From positions 160,001 to 224,000 of the forward strand of contig CAWJJC010000005.1 of NCBI GenBank assembly GCA_963843145.1: a stretch of DNA of 64,000 bases. The letters run 5' to 3'. The notes under the pieces were generated by a model. It had not been told where the DNA came from and ran no database searches. It worked only from the letters and a program-made list of their open reading frames with translations. This DNA is from an uncultured delta proteobacterium (GTDB lineage Bacteria > Desulfobacterota > RBG-13-43-22). Shown one piece after another: positions 48,480 through 57,941 of the stretch; the stretch's first letter is position 1, and the number at the start of each line of letters is the position of its first letter. The position numbers and the translations under genes were made by a program.

Positions 48480-50621
48480 TCAATGATAAACCCGGGTAAC
48501 CTGAAGGACCCCTTTGATCTTTTTAATACCGGAAAGGACCTTTTGCAGGTGCCGGGCATCGACCACCTCAATGGTAAAATTGTAAAAAGCTTTTTTGTCC
48601 AGCGTGGTATAGGCCTCGGCTTTTAAGATGTTCGATTCCGCGGAAGTTATCGCCGTGCTCACCTGCGCCAGCATCCCCTTGTCGTCGGTTGAAGAAATTT
48701 CCACTTTTACCGGGTAATAGGCCCCCCGGTCTTTTTCCCAAAGTACTTCTACCAACCTTTCCGGGTCCTCATGTGCGACCCGCGGGCAGGACCGGCCATG
48801 AACCGTTATTCCCCGGCCCCGGGTAATAAAGCCGATGATCGGATCCCCGGGGAGGGGTGCACAGCAACGGCCGAAGCGGATCAGCACGTCATCCACTCCC
48901 CGTATGACTACCCCTCCGGCGGGTTTGGGTTTTTTGGGTTTTTTAGGGAGTTCTAAGGGGATCTGGTCCGGATCCTTTTCAACCTCCGGTCGTGGGGCAA
49001 TCCGGTTGATGATCTGCTTAATGGAAATCTTGCCAAAACCGATGGCCGCCAGCAGGTCCTCCCCTTGTTGAAAAGAAAATTCACGGGCAATTTGCAACAG
49101 GGATTCTTGTTTCATCTGCTGAGAAACGTTCAGGTGCAAACGCCTTAATTCCTTCTCCAGCAAATCTTTTCCGAGAGTGATGCTGCGGGTCCGTTCTTCG
49201 TTCTTGACCCACTGCCTAATCTTTGACCTAGCCCGGGAGGTCTTGGCGACCTTGAGCCAGTCTTTGCTCGGTTTACGTTTGGCCGAGGTAATAATTTCCA
49301 CAATATCGCCGTGCCGCAAGGTGAACCGCAGAGGCACCATCTTGTTGTTGACCCGGGCCCCGGTGCAGCGATGGCCCACATCGGTGTGGATGGCGTAAGC
49401 GAAGTCAATGGGGGTGGCTCCTTTGGGCAGGGTCTTAACCTCACCGCGGGGGGTGAAGACGTAGACTTCGTCAGGGAAAAGATCCACCCGCAGGGTTTCT
49501 AAAAATTCCTTGGCATCCGGATATTCTTTTTGGGATTCCAGCAGTTGGCGGACCCAGGAGAATTTTTTCGCGTCGGTTTCATCCAGGCGGCCCTCTTTAT
49601 ACTGCCAGTGAGAGGCGATGCCCTCCTCGGCCACTCGGTGCATCTCAGCAGTCCGGATCTGAACCTCAATGCGTTCCCCGTAGGGACCAATGACCTTGGT
49701 GTGAAGGGATTGATAGTGATTGGCCTTGGGCAGGCTGATATAATCCCGGAATTTCCCGGGAATCGGTTTCCACAAAGCGTGGATGAGACCTAAGGCTTCA
49801 AAGCAGGCGGCCACTTCCGGCACGATTACCCGGAAGGCGATCAGGTCGTAGAGCTGGTCGATTTCCAGGTTCTGGTTGATCATTTTCTGGTAGATGCTGT
49901 AAAAATGTTTGTGCCGCCCCTCCACCCGGCACTCGAGGTGGGCTGCCTCCATTTTATTTTGAAGGATGGTTTTGACCTCCCGGATATAAGACTCTCGCTC
50001 CTCCCGTTTCTTAGCCACCCCCAGTTTGATTTCCTGGTATTTTTCAGGCTCCAGATAATATAAACAGAGGTCCTCCAGTTCCGTTTGGATGCGGCGCATC
50101 CCCAAGCGGACGGCAATCGGGGCATAGATTTCCAGGGTTTCTCCGGCGATCTTCCGCTGCTTCTCCTGGCTATGAAAACCCAGGGTGCGCATATTGTGGA
50201 GCCGGTCGGCCAGCTTGACCAGGATTACCCGGATATCGTCCGACATGGCTAAGATCATCTTCCTGAAATTTTCCGCCTGCCGTTCTTCCAGGGTCTGAAA
50301 ATGAAAGCTGCTGATTTTGGTCACTCCGTTGACGATGCGGAGGACCTCCGGTCCGAACTGTTCCTTGATCATCTCGGGGGTCGCCAGGGTGTCTTCCAGG
50401 GTGTCGTGCAATAGTCCGGCAGCGATGGTCACCTGATCCATCTTCATTTGGGTCAATATCCAGGCCACTTCCAATGGATGGGAGAGGTAGGACTCCCCGG
50501 AAAGGCGGACCTGCCCCTCGTGAACCTTGGCGGAAAAAACATAGGCCTTTTCAACGAGTTCAATGTTGGCCTGGGGCCAATAAGAAAGGATCTGATCGAT
50601 GATGGTGTTGATGCGGATCAT
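48480..50621 (-). CDS. Bifunctional (p)ppGpp synthetase/hydrolase (long RSH)
   Basis: HD motif LLHDTLED, KLADRLHN, YQSLHT, EVQIRT, TGS (DFAYAIHT), ZFD and ACT domains. Confidence 0.95.
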   Translation of the reverse strand: MIRINTIIDQILSYWPQANIELVEKAYVFSAKVHEGQVRLSGESYLSHPLEVAWILTQMKMDQVTIAAGLLHDTLEDTLATPEMIKEQFGPEVLRIVNGVTKISSFHFQTLEERQAENFRKMILAMSDDIRVILVKLADRLHNMRTLGFHSQEKQRKIAGETLEIYAPIAVRLGMRRIQTELEDLCLYYLEPEKYQEIKLGVAKKREERESYIREVKTILQNKMEAAHLECRVEGRHKHFYSIYQKMINQNLEIDQLYDLIAFRVIVPEVAACFEALGLIHALWKPIPGKFRDYISLPKANHYQSLHTKVIGPYGERIEVQIRTAEMHRVAEEGIASHWQYKEGRLDETDAKKFSWVRQLLESQKEYPDAKEFLETLRVDLFPDEVYVFTPRGEVKTLPKGATPIDFAYAIHTDVGHRCTGARVNNKMVPLRFTLRHGDIVEIITSAKRKPSKDWLKVAKTSRARSKIRQWVKNEERTRSITLGKDLLEKELRRLHLNVSQQMKQESLLQIAREFSFQQGEDLLAAIGFGKISIKQIINRIAPRPEVEKDPDQIPLELPKKPKKPKPAGGVVIRGVDDVLIRFGRCCAPLPGDPIIGFITRGRGITVHGRSCPRVAHEDPERLVEVLWEKDRGAYYPVKVEISSTDDKGMLAQVSTAITSAESNILKAEAYTTLDKKAFYNFTIEVVDARHLQKVLSGIKKIKGVLQVTRVYH

Positions 50622-50737
50622 GGAGTATTAGTAGAATGAACATTGAACATGAACATCGAACATCGAACGCCCGACATCGAATTAAAGACAACCCTTCTTT
50701 TCAGAACAGGGAGCACCTATTTCTTCATCTCTTCCCG

Positions 50738-52453
50738 TCAAAACTTCGATGCGGCGATGATTTTCTGAACCGCTTCCAGGACCTCTTCCACTTTGACCAG
50801 TTCCATCTGCTTCGTCCTTCGGGGACGCAGCTCGACTTGACCTTGTTTCAACCCCTTGGGGCCGACGGTTATCCGGAGGGGAATACCGATCAGGTCCCCG
50901 TCTTTAAACTTTATTCCCGGCCTTTCGTCCCGATCATCGAGTAACACCTCGATCCCGGCCTTTTGGAAGGATTCATAAAGGGCCATAATGGTGGCCTGCT
51001 CCGCTGACCCCGGCTTCCAATCAATGGGGGTGATCAGGACCTGAAAGGGTGCCAGGGCCAGAGGCCAGACAATCCCGTCCGAATCATGGTTTTGTTCGAT
51101 GGCCGCGGCCACGGTCCGGCCCACGCCGATGCCATAGCAACCCATGATCATCGTCTGCTCCCTTCCCTGTTCGTCGAGATAGGTGGCTTTCAATGCCCGG
51201 GAATACTTGTCCCCCAATTTAAAAACGTGCCCCACCTCAATACCCCGGTAAGACTCCAGAGGAGCCTGGCAACGGGGACAGGGTTCTCCGGATTTGACCT
51301 GGCGCAAGTCGGCCCAGGTGACGGGGGGGATATCCACTTCCCAGTTCAAGTCCAGGTAGTGCTGGTCAGCCTCATTGGCCCCCATGATGAAATTTTTCAA
51401 TCCCTGGAGAGTTTGATCGGCCCAGAGAGGGACGGTCAGTCCCACCGCGCCGGCAAAACCTACCGGAGCACCCGTTACCTGCTCCACGACGCGCTCATCG
51501 GCCAGGGTGATTTCATCCAACCCCAACGCCCGCAAGACTTTGGTTTCATTCACCTCTTGATCCCCCCGCACCAGGATGCCCACCGGCCCGGCTGAGGTTT
51601 GATAAAGAATGGTCTTCACCAGACGATCCGCCGGGACCGACAGAAATCGGGCCACTTCCTCTACCGTTCGCTGCCCCGGGGTATGCCGTTTCTCCCGGGG
51701 GCGAACCAAGACCTGGGGATCTTCCCCGGGCTGCCAGGCGGAAACAGCCCGTTCCACGTTAGCGGCGTAGCGACAGGCGCTGCAGGCCATGACGGCATCC
51801 TCCCCAGTCTCGGCCAGGACCATGAACTCATGAGAGAAGCTCCCGCCGATGGCCCCGCTGTCGGCCTCCACCGCCTTGAAGCGCAGACCGCAGCGTTCAA
51901 AGATCCGCTGGTAGGCCTCGAACATCTTGCCATAGGAAAGCTCTGCGCCGGTCTCATCCCGGTCAAAGCTGTACCCATCCTTCATCCCGAACTCCCGCCC
52001 CCGCATCAATCCGAATCGGGGGCGGATTTCATCCCGGAACTTGGTCTGAATCTGGTACAGGTTTACCGGCAGTTGGCGGTAAGAACGGATTTCGTGGCGG
52101 ATTAAATCGGTGACGACCTCCTCGTGGGTAGGTCCCAGACAATAGGCATGACCGTGACGATCCTTCAATCGGAACAGCTCCTTCCCATACTTATCCCATC
52201 TTCCGCTTTCCTGCCAGAGCTCTGCCGGCTGCAGGGCCGGCAGGATGACTTCCTGGGCACCGGCCCGCTCCATTTCCTCCCGGATGATGGACTCCATTTT
52301 TCTCAAGGAGCGGACGCCCAGGGGAAGATAGCTGTAAATCCCGGAAGACAGCTTGCGGATCAATCCCGCCCGCACCATGAGCTGGTGACTGATGACCTCG
52401 GCTTCAGCCGGTTTTTCCTTCAGCGTCGGAATATAAAGTTGGGAAAAAAACAT
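50738..52453 (-). CDS. proS: Proline--tRNA ligase
   Basis: GPTHEE, FRDEIRPRFG, INS editing domain, IEVGHVFKLG, MGCYGIG. Confidence 0.97.
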   Translation of the reverse strand: MFFSQLYIPTLKEKPAEAEVISHQLMVRAGLIRKLSSGIYSYLPLGVRSLRKMESIIREEMERAGAQEVILPALQPAELWQESGRWDKYGKELFRLKDRHGHAYCLGPTHEEVVTDLIRHEIRSYRQLPVNLYQIQTKFRDEIRPRFGLMRGREFGMKDGYSFDRDETGAELSYGKMFEAYQRIFERCGLRFKAVEADSGAIGGSFSHEFMVLAETGEDAVMACSACRYAANVERAVSAWQPGEDPQVLVRPREKRHTPGQRTVEEVARFLSVPADRLVKTILYQTSAGPVGILVRGDQEVNETKVLRALGLDEITLADERVVEQVTGAPVGFAGAVGLTVPLWADQTLQGLKNFIMGANEADQHYLDLNWEVDIPPVTWADLRQVKSGEPCPRCQAPLESYRGIEVGHVFKLGDKYSRALKATYLDEQGREQTMIMGCYGIGVGRTVAAAIEQNHDSDGIVWPLALAPFQVLITPIDWKPGSAEQATIMALYESFQKAGIEVLLDDRDERPGIKFKDGDLIGIPLRITVGPKGLKQGQVELRPRRTKQMELVKVEEVLEAVQKIIAASKF

Positions 52454-52455
52454 GG

Positions 52456-53548
52456 CTATCCTTTCTCTTGAACCATTTTTTCAATTTCCGTCAGTAGGGT
52501 GGCCACCAGATCCGCCTCCTTGACCCTGCGTACCAGCCGGCCCCGGGCAAATAACATTCCCTGGCCTTTTCCCCCGGCAATGCCGATATCCGCTTCCCGG
52601 GCCTCACCCGGTCCGTTGACCACGCAACCCATAATGGCCACTTTGATCGGGGTGGTGATCTTTTGAACGGCCTTTTCCACCTGGCGCACCAGGGGAATCA
52701 GATCGATTCGGCATCGGCCGCAGGTTGGGCAGGAGATGATCTCCACTCCCCGTTCCCGGAGTTTAAGGTTCCGTAGCAGCTCGAAGGCCACCCGGATCTC
52801 CTCCTTGGGCGGGGCCGTCAGGGAAACCCGCAGGGTGTCACCGATTCCCTGATAAAGAAGCAGGCCTATTCCCAAGGTGGATTTGATCGTCCCCGAAATC
52901 AGAGTCCCGGCCTCGGTGACCCCCAGGTGAAAGGGATAGTCGCACCTGGGGGGCCAGCCCCTGATAGGCCCGGATAGTCTGCATCACGTCCGAGGCCTTC
53001 AGGGATATTTTCAGGTTCGTAAAATGATGCTGTTCAAACAGCTCAATGTGGCGCAAAGCCGAAACGACCATGGCCTCGGCCAAGTGCTCCTCTCCCCGGC
53101 CCTGCAGATCCTTTTCCAAGGAACCGGCATTGACCCCGATCCGGATGCAGACCCCGCGATCCCTGGCCTCCTGGATGATCCGGATGACCTTGGCCCGGGA
53201 TCCGATGTTCCCGGGATTAATCCGGATCCCCGCGGCCCCGGCTTTCATGGCTTCCAGGGCCAGGCGGTGGTCAAAATGAATATCGGCGATCACCGGCAAC
53301 GGGGATCTTTCCACTATGCCCCCTAGAGCCCGGGCAGCCTCGGAATCCGGCACCGCCACCCGGATCAATTCGCAGCCAGATTTGTATAAGCTATTTATTT
53401 GCTTAACTGTGCTTGCTATAACCCGAGTGTCGGTATTCGTCATGGACTGAACCACAACCGGGTGTCCCCGGCCGATAAGGACCCCTCCTACTGAGACCGT
53501 ATTGGTTTTCCGCCGCAGCTCTGGGGCGGAGGGATTTTGAGATGCAAT
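52456..53548 (-). pseudogene. ispG: HMBPP synthase IspG, split by a frameshift (probably a sequencing error)
   Basis: RRKT..VGGV.IG...VQSMTNT, ADIHFD, RINPGN; frame changes at the G6 run 52948-52953 to RCDYPFHLGVTEAG; SCPTCGR, GCVVNGPGE. Confidence 0.88.
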
Positions 53549-53699
53549 TTGATTCCATTTTAAAAAGAATTGACAACCCCGGTTAAATGGGTTAAAAATT
53601 TCATCAGGCTGTTATTTTCTTCTATTACTATTTTTATACCATAAATTATCGTTAGACAAGTGGTTTTGATCCAGTTTCTGGAAACCCCTGCCCTTCCGG

Positions 53700-54050
53700 A
53701 TGGAATATTCCCCCAACCATGAATTGAAAGGTCTCATTGAGCTTGTCAGCAATGTGAATGACGCTTTCACCGCCGCTTTGTTTCTTTTCAATCCCCAGAG
53801 GGATCGGCTTTTACTGAGCGCTTACCATACCTTGAGCCTCCAGGTAAACCCTAAAACCACAATCCAGCCGGGAGACAGCCTCATCGGGTGGGTGGCCAAA
53901 AACGAACAGCCCGTGAATGTGGCCCAGTTCGATCGAGATAACCGGAATCTGAAACTCTATCTGAGAGATGAGGGCATCAAATCCTTCATGGCCGTCCCGG
54001 TGGGTGACGCCGGGGTACTTTGTGTAGACAGCAAACGCAATTATGTCTTT
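53700..54050 (+). CDS. GAF-domain protein, truncated at the junction
   Basis: DAFTAALF, GWVAK, IKSFMAVPV, GVLCVDSK; the sequence after KRNYVF is unrelated. Confidence 0.7.
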
Positions 54051-54056
54051 ATCATG
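54051..54056. other. Compositional junction (contig join or chimera)
   Basis: Abrupt rise in GC and CpG content; genes on both sides are truncated here. Confidence 0.85.
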
Positions 54057-54283
54057 ACGGCCGCCCGCGTCGCGGACTCGCCTTGCAGCACGAGCACGCG
54101 GTCGTTGCCCGTGGTCCGCCGCGCGACCGCTGCGATCTCCGCCGTGGCCTTGTCGAATTGCTCCTGATACTTCGGCTCGCCGCCGAGTCCGCCGACCACG
54201 AGGTAGTACAGGTCAGCGCGGGCGGGGGCCGCGAACGCCGCACCGAGGGCGAGAACGAGCCACGCGCACCCTCGGCCGTTCAT
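54053..54283 (-). CDS. Secreted protein of a VWA/DUF4159-type cluster, truncated at the junction
   Basis: Signal peptide ending ARA, LVVGGLGGEP.Y...F; ATGA overlap with the upstream gene. Confidence 0.65.
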
Positions 54284-56523
54284 AGCCGCCCCCAGAACAG
54301 GCGCAGCACCCATTCGCCCGTCTTCAGGGCAAGCAGCAATAAAAATACGATGGGCATGTTCCAGAGATCCAGCACTTGCCTTTCGACACTGCCCGCGTCC
54401 GAAAAGCTCACCGCTTCCGGCAATCGGCGCATGTCCGACACCGGGAAGTAGCTGCCCCCCGTCGCGGCGGCAAGCCGCTCGAGCAACGGCCGATTCTGCT
54501 GCACGTGGTAGTGCTCGACGACGCCATCCTCGCGCCGCACGGCGACGCGGGCGTCGCCCAACGTATCCTTGCCCACCTGCGCCTTGGCCTCGAAACGGAA
54601 CACGCCGGTGTGCGCCGTTTCGTAGTTGGCCTCGTAGACGCCGTGCTGCCCGGCGACGGGCGTCATCGCGAGCGTCGTCGCGGGCCCTTGGCCGTCGCTG
54701 ACCTCGACGTCCACTTTGGCGTCGTCCGCCGGCTCGAATTTCGGGTTACGGACTTCAGCGCGCAGCTTGACGGTGCTCTCGTCGCCGTAGAAGACGCGGT
54801 CGGAAGTGAGCGTGACCGCTTGCGGCGCAGTGGTCGCGGCGGCTTGCAGGAGCTGCCGCCAAAACGTCTCGTGGCGCTGATCTTCGTGCGGCAGCTGCAT
54901 CTGCCAACGCCACGTGCCGCCCGTGGCAAGCACATACACATTGCCGAGCCCGTAGCGCTGGTGCACGAGCAGCGGCTCGATTTTGCCGCCGAAATCGGCG
55001 TCGAGCAGAGATTCGGCGCCCGGTTTGAGCTCCGCTACGTGCTGGAAATCCGCGAGCTCAGGCATGCTGGCCCAGAGTTCGGCGTTTTTCTTGTCGTCGG
55101 CGTCGAGCCGCGTGACGGCCGATGTGCGACCGAAGGCCGTGAGTTTGGGCTTAGCGGGCTCGCGCACGAAGCTCGGGCCGTCCAGCATCGGCAGCCGCAC
55201 CGGCAAAATCTCGGCAACGCTCGTCGCGGCCCAGCCCCCGTCGGTGAGGCCGCGTCTGCCGCCCATCATCAACAACGTGCCGCCGCGGCGGCTCACGAAG
55301 TCGCGGATCAGGTCCTGCTGCGCTGCCGTCAGCGACGCCGCCTCGAAGCTGCCGATCATTATTGCGTCGTAGTGGAACAGCGAGATCTCGTCCGTCGGGA
55401 AGCCGTTCACGAGCTCGTCCGGTGTTTCCACGCCCTGGCGGTAGAACTTGTTCGGCGTGGTCTTCAGCAGGCTCGCGACACGCACGGCCGGGTTGTCGTC
55501 GATCGCGCGGCGGATGAACTTGTACTCCCAGCGCGGCTCCCCCTCGATATATAAGATGTGTCGGCGCTGTTCCGGCACTTCCATGGGCCGCAGACGCGAG
55601 TTGTTGACGATATCGGTCTCGCCGGGCAAGGCGTCGAGCGCGAACTTGAGGTCCCGGACGCCAGCCTTGCCGACATCGATGTCGACCAGCCGCGTGGTGA
55701 CGCCGGCCGTGCTCGGTAGCTGGATCGACTGCGAAGCGATGATCGCGTCGCCGTCGTAGACCTTCAGCTGCGCAAGCGCGCTGCCGCTGTGGCGGATGCT
55801 GACCTGCGCACTGACGGTGGAACCCGGCATGCCGACGGCCGGCATTTGCACGTCCTCGAGCTCGAGGTCGTTCGGAATCGTCTCCGCACCCACACCCACC
55901 GTATGCACGGGTACGCCGAAGCTTGCGATCTCCGCGATCTTGGCCGAATCGAGCTCGTTCGAGTTGTCCGCGCCGTCGGTCACGAGCACGACCGCCGCGA
56001 TGGCGCCGGACTGCGCGCCGCGCAGCAACCCGAGCAATGCGTCGCCGATGTGCGTGACGGGCCCCGGGGCCGGCACCTGCTCGAGCGACGGCAACTCGAT
56101 CAGGTCGCGCGCGAACGAAAACATATTGACGGTGAACGACGCCTTCAGCTGCGGGAGCGCGTTGGCTTCGAGACTGTCGATGGCGATCTGGAGCCTGGAC
56201 TTATCGCCCTCGCCGTACAGCATGCTGCCGGAGGTATCGAGCAGCACGGCGACGGAGTTCTCCTGCGGCCGCAGCGTCTGCGTCACGAGCGCCGGCCGCC
56301 AGACGAGCACGAGCAGCGCTGCGAGCAGCGCCGTCTGTAGCACGCCGAGCGTAATCACGCGCACGAGACCGAGTGCGGGCTGGCGGCGCCACAAGCTGAC
56401 ACCCACGGCGACCCCCGCGAGCACGATCAGCGCGAGCAACAGCCACACGGGCCACCCGCTCGCGAACACGAGCTCGCCGCGTTCGAACGTGGCGCGAGAG
56501 TATTTGAAGAAGAAGTCGAACAA
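54280..56523 (-). CDS. Membrane protein with VWA and glutamine amidotransferase-like domains
   Basis: N-terminal TMs, LLDTSGSM MIDAS, LVTDG, EGEPRWEYKF, GGTLLMMGG, C-terminal EWVLR. Confidence 0.8.
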   Translation of the reverse strand: MFDFFFKYSRATFERGELVFASGWPVWLLLALIVLAGVAVGVSLWRRQPALGLVRVITLGVLQTALLAALLVLVWRPALVTQTLRPQENSVAVLLDTSGSMLYGEGDKSRLQIAIDSLEANALPQLKASFTVNMFSFARDLIELPSLEQVPAPGPVTHIGDALLGLLRGAQSGAIAAVVLVTDGADNSNELDSAKIAEIASFGVPVHTVGVGAETIPNDLELEDVQMPAVGMPGSTVSAQVSIRHSGSALAQLKVYDGDAIIASQSIQLPSTAGVTTRLVDIDVGKAGVRDLKFALDALPGETDIVNNSRLRPMEVPEQRRHILYIEGEPRWEYKFIRRAIDDNPAVRVASLLKTTPNKFYRQGVETPDELVNGFPTDEISLFHYDAIMIGSFEAASLTAAQQDLIRDFVSRRGGTLLMMGGRRGLTDGGWAATSVAEILPVRLPMLDGPSFVREPAKPKLTAFGRTSAVTRLDADDKKNAELWASMPELADFQHVAELKPGAESLLDADFGGKIEPLLVHQRYGLGNVYVLATGGTWRWQMQLPHEDQRHETFWRQLLQAAATTAPQAVTLTSDRVFYGDESTVKLRAEVRNPKFEPADDAKVDVEVSDGQGPATTLAMTPVAGQHGVYEANYETAHTGVFRFEAKAQVGKDTLGDARVAVRREDGVVEHYHVQQNRPLLERLAAATGGSYFPVSDMRRLPEAVSFSDAGSVERQVLDLWNMPIVFLLLLALKTGEWVLRLFWGRL

Positions 56524-56754
56524 CCGCGGCTCCGCTTTTGCCAGGCGCCGGGGCGCGTGTGCGCACCCTCGCCCAACCTTACCCCGACCACCCCATCGAC
56601 GCTCGGTCTGGACAAAACTCCAGACTGCCGGCCGTGCGGCCGGCGGCTCGTTTTCAAACGATCTGACCGGAGCTTACCGAAACGGTGCGGCCAACGCCTA
56701 GACCCGAAAATCGAATGGCTTGGTGGCCGGGGCTCGCGGGGCTAGGATCGCACC

Positions 56755-56979
56755 GTGAAGAGTGCGGATAAAAAAGCCGTCGTGACCGAGTATCTGCAGC
56801 GCTGCAACCGCTACGCCGAGGGCCAACTGTCGAAGTATCGGCAGGAGCTTGGCGCCGCTGATGCCACCGCGGCGCTCCTGATCCAGGACAAGATCGGCCA
56901 CTGGACGGCGTATCGCGCCTTCAACGAGCACGCGCTCGGCGAGCTTGGCCGCGGTGAGCTCGACGACTGGTTCGCATGA
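56755..56979 (+). CDS. Small hypothetical protein
   Basis: 74-aa ORF with coding-like codon bias; KIGHWTAYRAFNEH...ELDDWF. Confidence 0.55.
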   Translation: MKSADKKAVVTEYLQRCNRYAEGQLSKYRQELGAADATAALLIQDKIGHWTAYRAFNEHALGELGRGELDDWFA

Positions 56980-57012
56980 ACTTGGCAGACCTTCGCACGG
57001 CATGACTCGACG

Positions 57013-57774
57013 ATGACACCACGACTCGCAAGCAAAGGCCTCTTCGGCCTCGCGGCCGCTCTGATCGTGCTCGCGGTCGCCGGCGACGATTTGAATGGCG
57101 CACCGAGCTGGCCGACCAACGAGTTCCACTTCACCCGGATGTACTACCAGGGCAACCGCACCGACCGGGGCTGGCGCGGCGGCAGCTGGACCACGGACTA
57201 CCCCGAAGCCGAGGTGCACTTCACGATGGGCGTGGGCCGGCTCACACGCGTGGATATCGGCGAGGCGCGGATGCTGAAGGTCACGGACGACACGATCTTC
57301 AACTACCCGTGGCTGTACGCCGTCGAAGTTGGCCGCTGGTACTTGGACGAGACGGACGCAGCGCGCTTGCGGGAGTACTTGGACCGCGGCGGTTTCCTCA
57401 TGGTCGACGACTTCCACGGCACGCTGCAGTGGGCGAGCTTCATGGACTCGATGCAGCGCGTATTTCCCGACCGGCCGGTGGTCGAGATCAGCGACCGGCA
57501 CGAAGTTTTTCATGTGCTGTACGACTTGGATCAGCGCATCCAGATCCCTGGCATCGCGGCGCTTTCTCGCGGCCAGACATACGAGCAGGACGGGGTGCAG
57601 CCGCACTGGCGCGGCATTTACGACGACACGGGCCGGCTCGTGGTCGCGATCAACTTCAACATGGATTTGGGCGATGCATGGGAGCACGCGGATAACCCCC
57701 GCTACCCCGAGGCCATGACCACGCTCGCCTACCGCTTCGCTGTAAACTACGTCGTATATTCGATGACGCACTAG
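57013..57774 (+). CDS. DUF4159 domain protein
   Basis: WTTDYP, YPWLY, LREYL.RGGFL.VDDF, NMDLGDAWE, NYVVYSMTH. Confidence 0.85.
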   Translation: MTPRLASKGLFGLAAALIVLAVAGDDLNGAPSWPTNEFHFTRMYYQGNRTDRGWRGGSWTTDYPEAEVHFTMGVGRLTRVDIGEARMLKVTDDTIFNYPWLYAVEVGRWYLDETDAARLREYLDRGGFLMVDDFHGTLQWASFMDSMQRVFPDRPVVEISDRHEVFHVLYDLDQRIQIPGIAALSRGQTYEQDGVQPHWRGIYDDTGRLVVAINFNMDLGDAWEHADNPRYPEAMTTLAYRFAVNYVVYSMTH

Positions 57775-57787
57775 CGTCCTCGCGGCA

Positions 57788-57905
57788 GGCGACGACGTCT
57801 GCGAGGGGGCCCGCGAAAAACGCCGCAAGTACGTCCCTGTAGGCTCACTCGGCACCGTCCCTGGCGCCGAGTGTTTTCGCGGGTCCCCTCGCAGACATCG
57901 TCGCC
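57788..57905. repeat. Long nested inverted repeat (REP/MITE-like)
   Basis: About 32-bp arms ggcgacgacgtctgcgagggggcccgcgaaaa / ttttcgcgggtcccctcgcagacatcgtcgcc with an inner hairpin. Confidence 0.75.
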
Positions 57906-57941
57906 GTTTTCGGTTTCGGTGCTAGATCAAGAGAGAGACAG

